Source: an uncultured Alphaproteobacteria bacterium
GTDB taxonomy: Bacteria > Pseudomonadota > Alphaproteobacteria > HIMB59 > GCA-002718135
Assembly: GCA_902592345.1 (NCBI GenBank)
Contig: CACJEE010000001.1
Location: 46,038 to 110,037, forward strand
Direction of reading: 5' to 3'
Length of the DNA stretch: 64,000 bases
This document shows positions 37,211-45,420 of this stretch, one piece after another. A program made the translations under genes and the position numbers. The stretch's first letter is position 1. Each line of letters starts with the position of its first letter. The notes beneath the pieces are model-generated. The model saw only the letters and a list, made by a program, of their open reading frames with translations, ran no database searches and was not told where the DNA came from.

Positions 37211-37819
37211 TTAAAGACTTTTTGCTAGTTTTTTAACTTTTCTCATATGTTTTTCAAATTCTTTTTTTGTCATCGTAGGTAAAACCGAATAAAATCTTAT
37301 ATATTTGGTTTTTAATCCTCCTAATTGAAAAACAGATTTTTTTATTCTTCTATATGGAATGTTATCAAAAATTGAAAAATTAAAATAAGTTATCATTGGT
37401 CCACCATAAGTAATTGATACTATCCCCAGTTTACCCTTCATAGCACCTGGAATAGGAAATCCATAATTTTTAAAAAATTTACTATCTGGAATTATCGATC
37501 TATATGTAAAAAACCACTTTGGATGCAAAACCCAATCAACCCAATTTTCTAAAATAGCATTAAGTCTTAAATTGTGACATGAGCCAATTAAAAACATTAT
37601 ATCAGCGTTTTCCAATCTTTTTCTATATTTTAAGACTATATCAGGAGGAGGGTTAACGTCTGAATTATAAAAAGGAAGCTGTTCTTTTTCTTCAAATAAA
37701 TTTATTAAGTCTATTTGATGACCACACTTTTTTGCTTCATTTATAAAAGTATCTTTAATAGCAGCATTAAAAGAATTTATTGAATTATGGTGACCAAATA
37801 TAATACAAATTTTTTTCAT
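37211..37819 (-). CDS. flavodoxin-like-fold NAD(P)H dehydrogenase (quinone)/FMN reductase family protein
   Basis: 202 aa. N-terminal MKKICIIFGHHNS... pattern typical of the Flavodoxin_2/NQO-like family. Confidence 0.6.
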   Translation of the reverse strand: MKKICIIFGHHNSINSFNAAIKDTFINEAKKCGHQIDLINLFEEKEQLPFYNSDVNPPPDIVLKYRKRLENADIMFLIGSCHNLRLNAILENWVDWVLHPKWFFTYRSIIPDSKFFKNYGFPIPGAMKGKLGIVSITYGGPMITYFNFSIFDNIPYRRIKKSVFQLGGLKTKYIRFYSVLPTMTKKEFEKHMRKVKKLAKSL

Positions 37820-37871
37820 TTAAATACAAATAACCTGTTTAATATATATATTATAATTTCTATAAAAATCA

Positions 37872-38414
37872 TTAAATTTGCTTAAATTTATTTTTGATTG
37901 GAGAAAAATGAAATATTTCAATATTTGCATTTAAATATGGGTTAAAGAAAAAATTATGCCAAAATGTATATTTCCACCTTGAATCGTTTTTTTTTAATTT
38001 AATAATATTAACTGGAAAAGAAAAACCGGTATCTCTCTCAAAAAATTGTGTATTTAATTTTTTTTTCTTAATAATTTTTTTATATAATTCTGAATTAACA
38101 TCAAAAGTAGCAGCAAAGGAACCATCAAAGTTAGCGGGGGTATTATAATATTCTGATGAAAGAAGTTTTACAATTTTATCAAACCTTATTTCAGGTTCAT
38201 TAGTTTGTTTAATCATAAATTCAAACATTTTAGCTGTATCATTGCAGTTTTTTTCTAGTAGTACTGATCTAATACTACAAAGTTCTTTGTTTGATTTAAT
38301 TTCTGAAAGATTAGCTAATGTTCCTTCAGATGGTTTTCCACTAAACATCCTGAAATTACGTTGTCGAATACTGCACTGCCAAACAACAAAATCACTCCAA
38401 CCAATCTTTGACAT
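37872..38414 (-). CDS. hypothetical protein
   Basis: 180-aa ORF starting 15 nt downstream of the GS-like gene on the same strand. I recognise no family. Confidence 0.5.
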   Translation of the reverse strand: MSKIGWSDFVVWQCSIRQRNFRMFSGKPSEGTLANLSEIKSNKELCSIRSVLLEKNCNDTAKMFEFMIKQTNEPEIRFDKIVKLLSSEYYNTPANFDGSFAATFDVNSELYKKIIKKKKLNTQFFERDTGFSFPVNIIKLKKNDSRWKYTFWHNFFFNPYLNANIEIFHFSPIKNKFKQI

Positions 38415-38429
38415 GTTTAATTTATAAAT

Positions 38430-39785
38430 TTAACAATCTAAAGTATTATCTCTTTCCCATTGAGTTATTATATTAGATTTATTTGATTTCGATTTTTTGA
38501 AGCCAATTCTTTTTTCTTGAGATGAATTATACTTTTTAATTTCTCTATTTTTTAACGTTATGTAGGAATTGATAACATCTTTACCAAAAGCAGACTTAAG
38601 AACTTTACTTTTATTTAGATTATTTAATGCTTGATTTAAACTTAATGGTAATTTTTTTGCACCTTTAACTTTATGCGCTTCTTCATACATATTAACTTTA
38701 ATAGGTTTACCTGGGTTTCTTTTTTTATCCAAACCATCTAATCCTGCTGCAATAATTCCAGCTTGTAATAAATAAGGATTAGTTGCTCCATCCATTAACC
38801 TTAATTCAAATCTACCTGAGCCGGGAACACGTATCATATGAGTTCTATTATTACCAGAATAGGTAATAGTGTTAGGAGACCAAGTAGCTCCAGAATCAGT
38901 AACAGGAGCATTAATTCTTTTATAACTATTAATGGTTGGATTAAACCACGCAGTTAAAGCTTCAGCTGAGTTCATAATTCCACCCATAAAATGGTAAGCA
39001 GTTTTTGATAAGCCTAATTGATCTTTTTTATCTAAAAATAAATTCTTACCTTTTTTATTCCAGATTGATAGGTGCGCATGACACCCATTTCCAGTTTTAT
39101 CTATAAAGGGTTTTGGCATAAAGGTAGCTCTTAAACCTACTTTTTCTGCTAAAGTTCTAACCATAAATTTAAAAAAAACATGTCGGTCAGCCGTTTGTAG
39201 GCAGTCTGAAAAATCCCAATTCATTTCAAATTGTCCATTAGCATCTTCATGATCATTTTGGTATGGACCCCAACCAAGCATAATCATTGAATCACATATA
39301 CCTCTAATTAAATCATACTGACGCATCAATGCAGATTGATCATAGCAAGGTTTATCAGCAATATCTTTTTGATCTGCAATAGAATCACCACTTGGAGAAA
39401 TTAAAAAATATTCACATTCAACACCACTTTTTAAGTGCATATTCTTCTTTGCTAATTTATTAATTTGATTACGTAACATAACGCGAGGAGAGGCATCTAC
39501 TGGTTTACCATCCATCCATAAATCTGCTGCTAACCAACCAACATCCATTTGCCATGGAAGTTGTATAAAACTATTCGGATCAGGTATTGCAGCCATATCT
39601 GGGTCAGATGGAGACATATCTAAGTACGTAGAAAAACCAGCAAATCCTGCACCTTCTTTTTGCATTTCTTTTATAGATTGAGCAGGGACTAATTTAGATC
39701 TAAGTACTCCAAAAAAATCTACATAACTTATTAAAAAGTATTTTATTTTTTTCTTTTTTGCGACCTCCGCCAAGTTTATAGCCAT
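38430..39785 (-). CDS. glutamine synthetase family protein (gamma-glutamyl-amine synthetase-like, PuuA/GlnA-like)
   Basis: 451 aa with GS motifs GVECEYFL, NGCHAHLSIW and NSYKRI. A Lys/Ser-rich C-terminal tail of about 30 aa is not typical of GS. Confidence 0.8.
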   Translation of the reverse strand: MAINLAEVAKKKKIKYFLISYVDFFGVLRSKLVPAQSIKEMQKEGAGFAGFSTYLDMSPSDPDMAAIPDPNSFIQLPWQMDVGWLAADLWMDGKPVDASPRVMLRNQINKLAKKNMHLKSGVECEYFLISPSGDSIADQKDIADKPCYDQSALMRQYDLIRGICDSMIMLGWGPYQNDHEDANGQFEMNWDFSDCLQTADRHVFFKFMVRTLAEKVGLRATFMPKPFIDKTGNGCHAHLSIWNKKGKNLFLDKKDQLGLSKTAYHFMGGIMNSAEALTAWFNPTINSYKRINAPVTDSGATWSPNTITYSGNNRTHMIRVPGSGRFELRLMDGATNPYLLQAGIIAAGLDGLDKKRNPGKPIKVNMYEEAHKVKGAKKLPLSLNQALNNLNKSKVLKSAFGKDVINSYITLKNREIKKYNSSQEKRIGFKKSKSNKSNIITQWERDNTLDC

Positions 39786-39902
39786 TTTATCTCCTTAAAT
39801 ATTTAAATAACAGATTATTAACCCTCAAATAATAATTAATAAATACATTTTTTATAAAACATTTAATAACTAATCAACAATACTTTTTCTATAAATATCC
39901 AA

Positions 39903-40748
39903 ATGAAAGCAATTATTTTAAATCTTATAGCTTGGGGCACACTACCCATAATGGACGGTATGGCAAAATATTTAAGTACTGAGATGCATTTTGTAGAAGT
40001 TGTATGGGCAAGATATTTTTTTATGGTTGCAATGAGTCTTCCAATCACATTTTTCTTTTTTAGAAAATATCTTACTTGGCCACGTAATTTCTTACTTCAA
40101 ATGTCTAGAAGTATTTTTTTATTTTTATCAACTATTTGTTTTTTTTATGCCATTTCAGTTATCTCTTTAGCAAAATCCCTTACCTTGGCTTTTGTTGCTC
40201 CAATCTTTGTTACAATTTTATCTGCTTTGTTATTAAAAGAAAAAGTTGGGATTCATCGATGGGCTGCAGTATTTGTTGGATTTATTGGAGCACTTATTAT
40301 TATTCAGCCTGGTATTATCAAAATTAACCTAGCATCAATTGCCAGTCTTGGAGCAGGAATATCCTATGCATTTTATGTAATTTCAACTAGAAAACTTTCA
40401 TCTTTTGACAACCCCTATCTAACATTAATATTTACTGGTGTATTTGGCGCTATTTTAATTAGTGTTATTGTTCCATATTTTTGGACAACACCAACTATTA
40501 ATCAATGGCTTTTAATGATTGGTTTAGCAGCTGTTGGAATGTTTGCTCATTTTTGTTTAATCTTATCATTAAACTATGCTGAAGCATCTAAGCTTGCACC
40601 TTTGGCTTATTTTGAAATAGTTAATAATATTTTAATTGGTTATTATTTCTTTGGCGACTTTCCAAACAAATGGTTATGGTTAGGTTTATTTTTTATTGTA
40701 TCAAGTGGAATTTATATTTCAATAAGAGAAGTAAAAAAATTAAATTAA
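39903..40748 (+). CDS. EamA/DMT-family transporter
   Basis: 281 aa with about 10 hydrophobic spans and two EamA-like halves. Confidence 0.8.
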   Translation: MKAIILNLIAWGTLPIMDGMAKYLSTEMHFVEVVWARYFFMVAMSLPITFFFFRKYLTWPRNFLLQMSRSIFLFLSTICFFYAISVISLAKSLTLAFVAPIFVTILSALLLKEKVGIHRWAAVFVGFIGALIIIQPGIIKINLASIASLGAGISYAFYVISTRKLSSFDNPYLTLIFTGVFGAILISVIVPYFWTTPTINQWLLMIGLAAVGMFAHFCLILSLNYAEASKLAPLAYFEIVNNILIGYYFFGDFPNKWLWLGLFFIVSSGIYISIREVKKLN

Positions 40749-40755
40749 TAAAATA

Positions 40756-41643
40756 ATGAATTTAAAAGATAAACAAAAAGGAATTTTTCTATCTTTATTT
40801 GGTGTGCTAATTATTACTCCAGATTCTTTATTTATTCGTCTAATCAATATTCCATCTTGGGAGTTACTTTTTTATAGAGGACTAATTCCTTCATTTTGCT
40901 TATTTATTTTCTTATTCCTTTATTATAAAAAAAATTTTTTTCATGCTTTATTGATAACAGGACTGCCTGGTTTATTATATGCTGCCTTAATTGCATTAGG
41001 TAACACTGCATTTGTACTATCCATTCAAAATACAAATGTAGCAAATACACTAATCATGATTGCATTAACTCCTTTTGCAACCGCCATACTTAGCTCAATA
41101 TTTATAAAAGAATATCCGAGTAAAAGAATGTGGTTAACAATTATCGCTTGTTTTGCGACTATATTATTTATTTTTTATGAGTCTTATCAAGGGGGACGTC
41201 TTTTTGGAGATTTTTTTGGATTGTTAACAGCGATTTTTATGGGTGGTGGTGCTGTTGTGATTCGCTATAGTAAGTCATTTGACTTTCTTCCTTCACTTTT
41301 AATAGCTAAATTATTTACTATTTTAATAGCGTTTGCATTTATTGATTCATTTCCTGAATCACTTTTAGTTAGTTCAGATCAATTATTGTTTATTATTATA
41401 ATGGGACTATTCCTCCTTATTCCATTAGCATGTATAACTATTGCCCCTAGATATATTCCAGCATATGAGGTTGAAATATTTTTTATTCTAGAGACTATTC
41501 TTGGACCAATTTGGGTCTGGCTAGTTATTCATGAACAACCATCATCAAAAACAATAATTGGAGGAATTGTCATAATATTAATTATTTTTACCCATACTTT
41601 ATTTGAGCTTAGAGAAAGTAAAAAAAATACTCAAAATGCATAA
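40756..41643 (+). CDS. EamA/DMT-family transporter
   Basis: 295 aa, multi-span, in tandem with the previous EamA gene (7-nt gap). Confidence 0.8.
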   Translation: MNLKDKQKGIFLSLFGVLIITPDSLFIRLINIPSWELLFYRGLIPSFCLFIFLFLYYKKNFFHALLITGLPGLLYAALIALGNTAFVLSIQNTNVANTLIMIALTPFATAILSSIFIKEYPSKRMWLTIIACFATILFIFYESYQGGRLFGDFFGLLTAIFMGGGAVVIRYSKSFDFLPSLLIAKLFTILIAFAFIDSFPESLLVSSDQLLFIIIMGLFLLIPLACITIAPRYIPAYEVEIFFILETILGPIWVWLVIHEQPSSKTIIGGIVIILIIFTHTLFELRESKKNTQNA

Positions 41644-41744
41644 AAATGGCCAAAATTTAGGAAAAATATACCCATAATTCACTTAAAAAAACAATAATTT
41701 GCTGTTGAATCTTATAATAAAGGTCTAGATAGAACCCATAATTT

Positions 41745-41800
41745 ATCGTTCATCTCATTAATTGAGTGAGACGGAAGTAGGTGAAATCCGAAGGAACGCA
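41745..41800 (+). promoter_or_regulatory. glutamine riboswitch (glnA RNA motif) in the amt leader
   Basis: AUCGUUCAUCUCAUUAAUUGAGUGAGACGGAAGUAGGUGAAAUCCGAAGGAACGCAG. P1 is CGUUC (41747-41751) paired with GAACG (41794-41798). The conserved ACGGAAGUAGG and CGAAGGAACGC cores are present. Located upstream of an ammonium transporter, a typical context. Confidence 0.8.
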
Positions 41801-41809
41801 GTTCATTCC

Positions 41810-41837
41810 ATTTTTCTTATTTCTTCTTTTTCTTAAG
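41810..41837 (+). promoter_or_regulatory. CU-rich tract between the riboswitch and the amt SD (possible anti-SD/expression platform)
   Basis: ATTTTTCTTATTTCTTCTTTTTCTTAAG. TCTTCTT could pair with AAGGAGG (41870-41876) using G-U pairs. It shares a 13-mer with the leader at 7816..7852. Confidence 0.35.
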
Positions 41838-41880
41838 ATGAGTTAGCGGTTGTTTTGAATTTAACTCGTAAGGAGGCAAA

Positions 41881-43047
41881 ATGACGTTGGAAGAATTAAA
41901 TGTTTTTGTCACCACACAAGCAAACGTGGGCATGGAAGCTTACTATTGGTGGTGTACAGGACTAATGATTATTATTCACGTTGGTTTCTTAATGTATGAA
42001 GTAGGCGCTACAAGAATGCAAAATGCTGTTTCTTCAGGTGTTAAAAATTTATTAGCATTTGCATTTATGATACCAACATTTTGGCTATTTGGATGGTGGA
42101 TCTACTTAGCTTTTCCAGGAGGATTTGTACCTATTGATTTAGAAGGATACGGAGTTCCATGGAATGTTTCAATGGGACCAATGCTAAGTGACCAAGCTAC
42201 CGGTGTATTCTGGGCTGCATTTACTCTATTTGCTTGTACTACTGCTTCAATTTTTTCTGGAGCTGTAATTGAAAGAATTAGAATTAGTGCATTTGTATTT
42301 CTAGCAGTTGTTTTAGGATCTGTTGTTTGGATTTTAGCAGCTTCTTGGGGATGGCATCCAGATGGATGGCTTGTAACTGGATGGGGATTCCATGACGTAG
42401 CGGCTGCAGGGTGTGTTCACACTGTTGCAGGACTATTTGCATTTGGGGTGCTTTTAAACCTTGGACCAAGAGTAGGAAAATATAATGATGATGGCTCTAT
42501 GAATGATCTTGAAGGTCATAGCTTAGTTCTATCTTTTGTTGGCTTATTAACTTTGATTGTAGGTTTCTTTGGATTCCTAGGAGCTTGTTTAATTTGGGCA
42601 GGATCAGATTTTGGAGGTTGGGTAAATATTTATGGTGCACCAGCTACATTATCTTCTTTTGCATTCAATACTTTGATGGGTCTAGCTGGAGGCATGATCG
42701 GTGCTTTCTGGTGGAGTAAAGGAAATCCTTTCTGGATGATGTCAGGTGGACTAGCAGGTATATTCATATGTGCTGGTGGTCTTGATATTTGGTATCCTGG
42801 GTTTGCATTTATTCTTGGAACAGTTGCAGGATGTGTAATTATTCCAGCAAACAATTGGCTTCATAACACTTTTAAAATAGATGACTGTGTAGGAGCAGTA
42901 TCAATTCACGGTGTTTGTGGTATCTTAGGTATGTTGTGTGTAGGACTTTTTGCTTCTGGTTTTCCAGCAGCAGGAGATATTCCAGCTTCAAATCTAACTG
43001 GTCAAATTGTTGGTGCTATTGTATGTTTTATATGCAAGTTTAGCTGA
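41881..43047 (+). CDS. amt: ammonium transporter (Amt family), apparently truncated at the 3' end
   Basis: 388 aa with conserved DVAAAGCVHTVAG and SIHGVCGILG (twin-His) motifs and a strong AAGGAGG SD. The ORF ends (…GQIVGAIVCFICKFS*) only part-way into the expected 11th TM helix. Confidence 0.8.
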   Translation: MTLEELNVFVTTQANVGMEAYYWWCTGLMIIIHVGFLMYEVGATRMQNAVSSGVKNLLAFAFMIPTFWLFGWWIYLAFPGGFVPIDLEGYGVPWNVSMGPMLSDQATGVFWAAFTLFACTTASIFSGAVIERIRISAFVFLAVVLGSVVWILAASWGWHPDGWLVTGWGFHDVAAAGCVHTVAGLFAFGVLLNLGPRVGKYNDDGSMNDLEGHSLVLSFVGLLTLIVGFFGFLGACLIWAGSDFGGWVNIYGAPATLSSFAFNTLMGLAGGMIGAFWWSKGNPFWMMSGGLAGIFICAGGLDIWYPGFAFILGTVAGCVIIPANNWLHNTFKIDDCVGAVSIHGVCGILGMLCVGLFASGFPAAGDIPASNLTGQIVGAIVCFICKFS

Positions 43048-43116
43048 AAGTAAAATTTCACCTGATAAAAGCTCTACATTGCCAAGGTTATAAATTTCAT
43101 AGTCAATATTATTCAT
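42994..43116 (-). pseudogene. 40-codon remnant resembling the N-terminus of a MetX-type (homoserine O-acetyltransferase-like) alpha/beta hydrolase
   Basis: The minus strand reads MNNIDYEIYNLGNVELLSGEILLSAKLAYKTYNSTNNLTS*. The pattern L-x-SG-x-x-L-x(4)-LAY-x-TY is typical of MetX N-termini. The remnant runs into the amt 3' end. Confidence 0.3.
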
Positions 43117-43146
43117 TATAATAAAATATAATCTATTTTAAATGTT

Positions 43147-44562
43147 TTAATATAACCTTAGATATTCTTTTACTTCCCAATCTGTAACAGCCTGATGATA
43201 TCTTTCCCATTCATCATTTTTATATTGAACATATGAATTTAACATTACTTTACCCATTACTTTTTCTGCAATTTTATTTTTTTGTAAAGCTTCAGTAGCT
43301 TGAAGTAAATTTCTTGGAAGACGTCTTATGCCAAGCTTTTTCATATCTTCAGTTTTTAATGCGTAGAGATCAAAATCAGAGGGTTTTCCAGGATCAGTTT
43401 TATTTTGAATACCATCTATTGCAGCTGATATAGTCATACCAAGTGCTAAGTAAACATTCATTGTTAAATCAGCCGCACGGTTTTCTATACAGTATCTATT
43501 TTGTGGTAATCTAAATTGTGCTGAGCGATTATTATGACCATACGTAATATTAGTTGGTGCCCACGTATGAACTCCGCCCTCAAAACCACCTACAGTTGGT
43601 ACTAACCCATTATATGAATTTACTGTTGGACAAGTAATTGCAGTTATAGCTTCTGAATTTTCAAGCAAGCCACCAACTGCATGCATTGCATCTTGAGACC
43701 ATTTATCACCATCTTTAAAAACATTTGTATTTTTCTTTATATCATTGAGTGAAAAATTTATATGCCCTCCTGAACGCCAATCACCTATAGTTGGTTTTGG
43801 CATGAAGGTGACAAACATATCATGTTTTTTCGCCACTTCTTTTAAAAGTATTTTTAAAAATACTAATCTATCTGCCATTTGTAGAAGATCAGTATAATGA
43901 AAATCTAATTCAAATTGAGAATAAGCACCTTCAGCAACAACATCGTGTAAGTCCCATCCTAACTCACCTAATATATCCATCATTTCTTTTAAAAAATGCA
44001 TTGAATCTAAAGAATATTCAACATCATAGCCAAATGCTTGTCTTCTTGGTTGAATGCCATGAGGTGGATCATTATCTATTGCCTTAACAGGCTCACCTTT
44101 TTCGTTGTATTTCATTACAATGAACTCAGGCTCTATGCCTGCAAAACCTTGATACCCTTGTTCTTGTTTTTCTTGAATGATTTTTTTCAGAGCTTGTCTT
44201 GGACAAACATTGTAGGGAGCGCCTTCCCAAAACAAATCAGCAAATATTATGGCTGTTGTTTTATCCCACGGACAAACATATACAGCATTAAGATCAGGAA
44301 GCATTATTTGATCAGGATCAGCTGGTGTTAACTCAGGAACAAAAGATATTGAATGAACTGCAAATTGTGGACCTTTACCCATACATAAAGCTTCAAAATC
44401 ACTCATAGGAACAGGTTTAGTTTTTGGTATCCCGTGCATATCAATCCAACTAGATAAAACATATTTAACTCCTGCATCTTCAAGTCTTTTTTTGGTCGAT
44501 GCTATTTCAGGTTTATTTCTTTCTATAGCCTCGCTTAAGCTTTCATAATAAATTTTGCTCAT
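43147..44562 (-). CDS. glutamine synthetase family protein (type-III/GmaS-like gamma-glutamyl-amine synthetase)
   Basis: 471 aa with GS motifs IEPEFIVM, SGGHINFSL and NSYNGL. This is the third GS-family gene in the window. Confidence 0.8.
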   Translation of the reverse strand: MSKIYYESLSEAIERNKPEIASTKKRLEDAGVKYVLSSWIDMHGIPKTKPVPMSDFEALCMGKGPQFAVHSISFVPELTPADPDQIMLPDLNAVYVCPWDKTTAIIFADLFWEGAPYNVCPRQALKKIIQEKQEQGYQGFAGIEPEFIVMKYNEKGEPVKAIDNDPPHGIQPRRQAFGYDVEYSLDSMHFLKEMMDILGELGWDLHDVVAEGAYSQFELDFHYTDLLQMADRLVFLKILLKEVAKKHDMFVTFMPKPTIGDWRSGGHINFSLNDIKKNTNVFKDGDKWSQDAMHAVGGLLENSEAITAITCPTVNSYNGLVPTVGGFEGGVHTWAPTNITYGHNNRSAQFRLPQNRYCIENRAADLTMNVYLALGMTISAAIDGIQNKTDPGKPSDFDLYALKTEDMKKLGIRRLPRNLLQATEALQKNKIAEKVMGKVMLNSYVQYKNDEWERYHQAVTDWEVKEYLRLY

Positions 44563-44585
44563 TAGTTATCCTTCCTATAATTTTT

Positions 44586-44984
44586 TTATTCTATACCCAT
44601 ATCTTCAGGATCAATCCCTGGTACATGCGTAAGTCCAGCTTTCTTTTTCCAATCATGAGGATAGGCTGCGTAGAAAATTACACATGTTTCATCACATTCA
44701 TATGCAATATGATTGTCTTTTGGCACATATAAAACGTCTCCTGGATTACAGACATATGATTCTCCATCACAAGTAAGTCTGAATGAACCTTTCATACAAT
44801 ATATAATTTCATCACATGTTAAATCCCATGGTACTGATATTTTGTTTAGAAAATTTAAACCTCCACACATGGTGTCACTTACTTTTGAAGTTACAAAGGG
44901 CTTAATATAAGTTTGACCCGGCTCAAGTGTATGCAACCGGTGTTCTATATCTGAAAATTTGTATAATTGAGGTTTGTTACCCAT
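44586..44984 (-). CDS. cupin-domain protein (cupin_3/EutQ-like)
   Basis: 132 aa with a W...DEIIYCMKGSFRLT.DGE....PGDVLYVPKD pattern typical of small single-domain cupins. Confidence 0.6.
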   Translation of the reverse strand: MGNKPQLYKFSDIEHRLHTLEPGQTYIKPFVTSKVSDTMCGGLNFLNKISVPWDLTCDEIIYCMKGSFRLTCDGESYVCNPGDVLYVPKDNHIAYECDETCVIFYAAYPHDWKKKAGLTHVPGIDPEDMGIE

Positions 44985-44997
44985 GATCTACCTTTCT

Positions 44998-45420
44998 TTA
45001 TGATGTTTGTATTTTTTCGTTTAGTTCTACTTTGTAACCATCCGGATCTTCACAAAATGCTATTACTCTAGTTCCGTGTTTCATTGGTCCTGGCGGTCTT
45101 GTAATTTTTATTCCTGCTTCCGATAAACTTTCACAGGCTTTGTATACATCTGGTGTTTCAACACAAATGTGTCCCCAACCATTACCTTTCTCGTAAGGTT
45201 CTGCTTGATCCCAATTATATGTTAATTCTAGGGTTGGGAATTCTGTTTCTGGACCATAACCAATAAAAGTATTTGTAAATTTTCCGTCTGGATAATCAGT
45301 TTTACGTAAAACTTTCATGCCTAGTATGTCACAATAAAATTTTAATGATAATTCAAGATTTTGAACACGCATCATAGTATGTGCTAGTCTAAAACCAGAG
45401 GAAATTTCATTATCTGTCAT
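44998..45420 (-). CDS. gloA: lactoylglutathione lyase (glyoxalase I)
   Basis: 140 aa with HTMMRVQNLELSLKFYCDILGMKVL...LELTYNW...GHICVE, collinear with GloA. Confidence 0.85.
   Translation of the reverse strand: MTDNEISSGFRLAHTMMRVQNLELSLKFYCDILGMKVLRKTDYPDGKFTNTFIGYGPETEFPTLELTYNWDQAEPYEKGNGWGHICVETPDVYKACESLSEAGIKITRPPGPMKHGTRVIAFCEDPDGYKVELNEKIQTS

Noticed and set aside
39863-40048. 61-aa minus-strand ORF overlapping the start of the first EamA gene
   Set aside because: It overlaps a membrane-protein CDS and has no SD or family signal.
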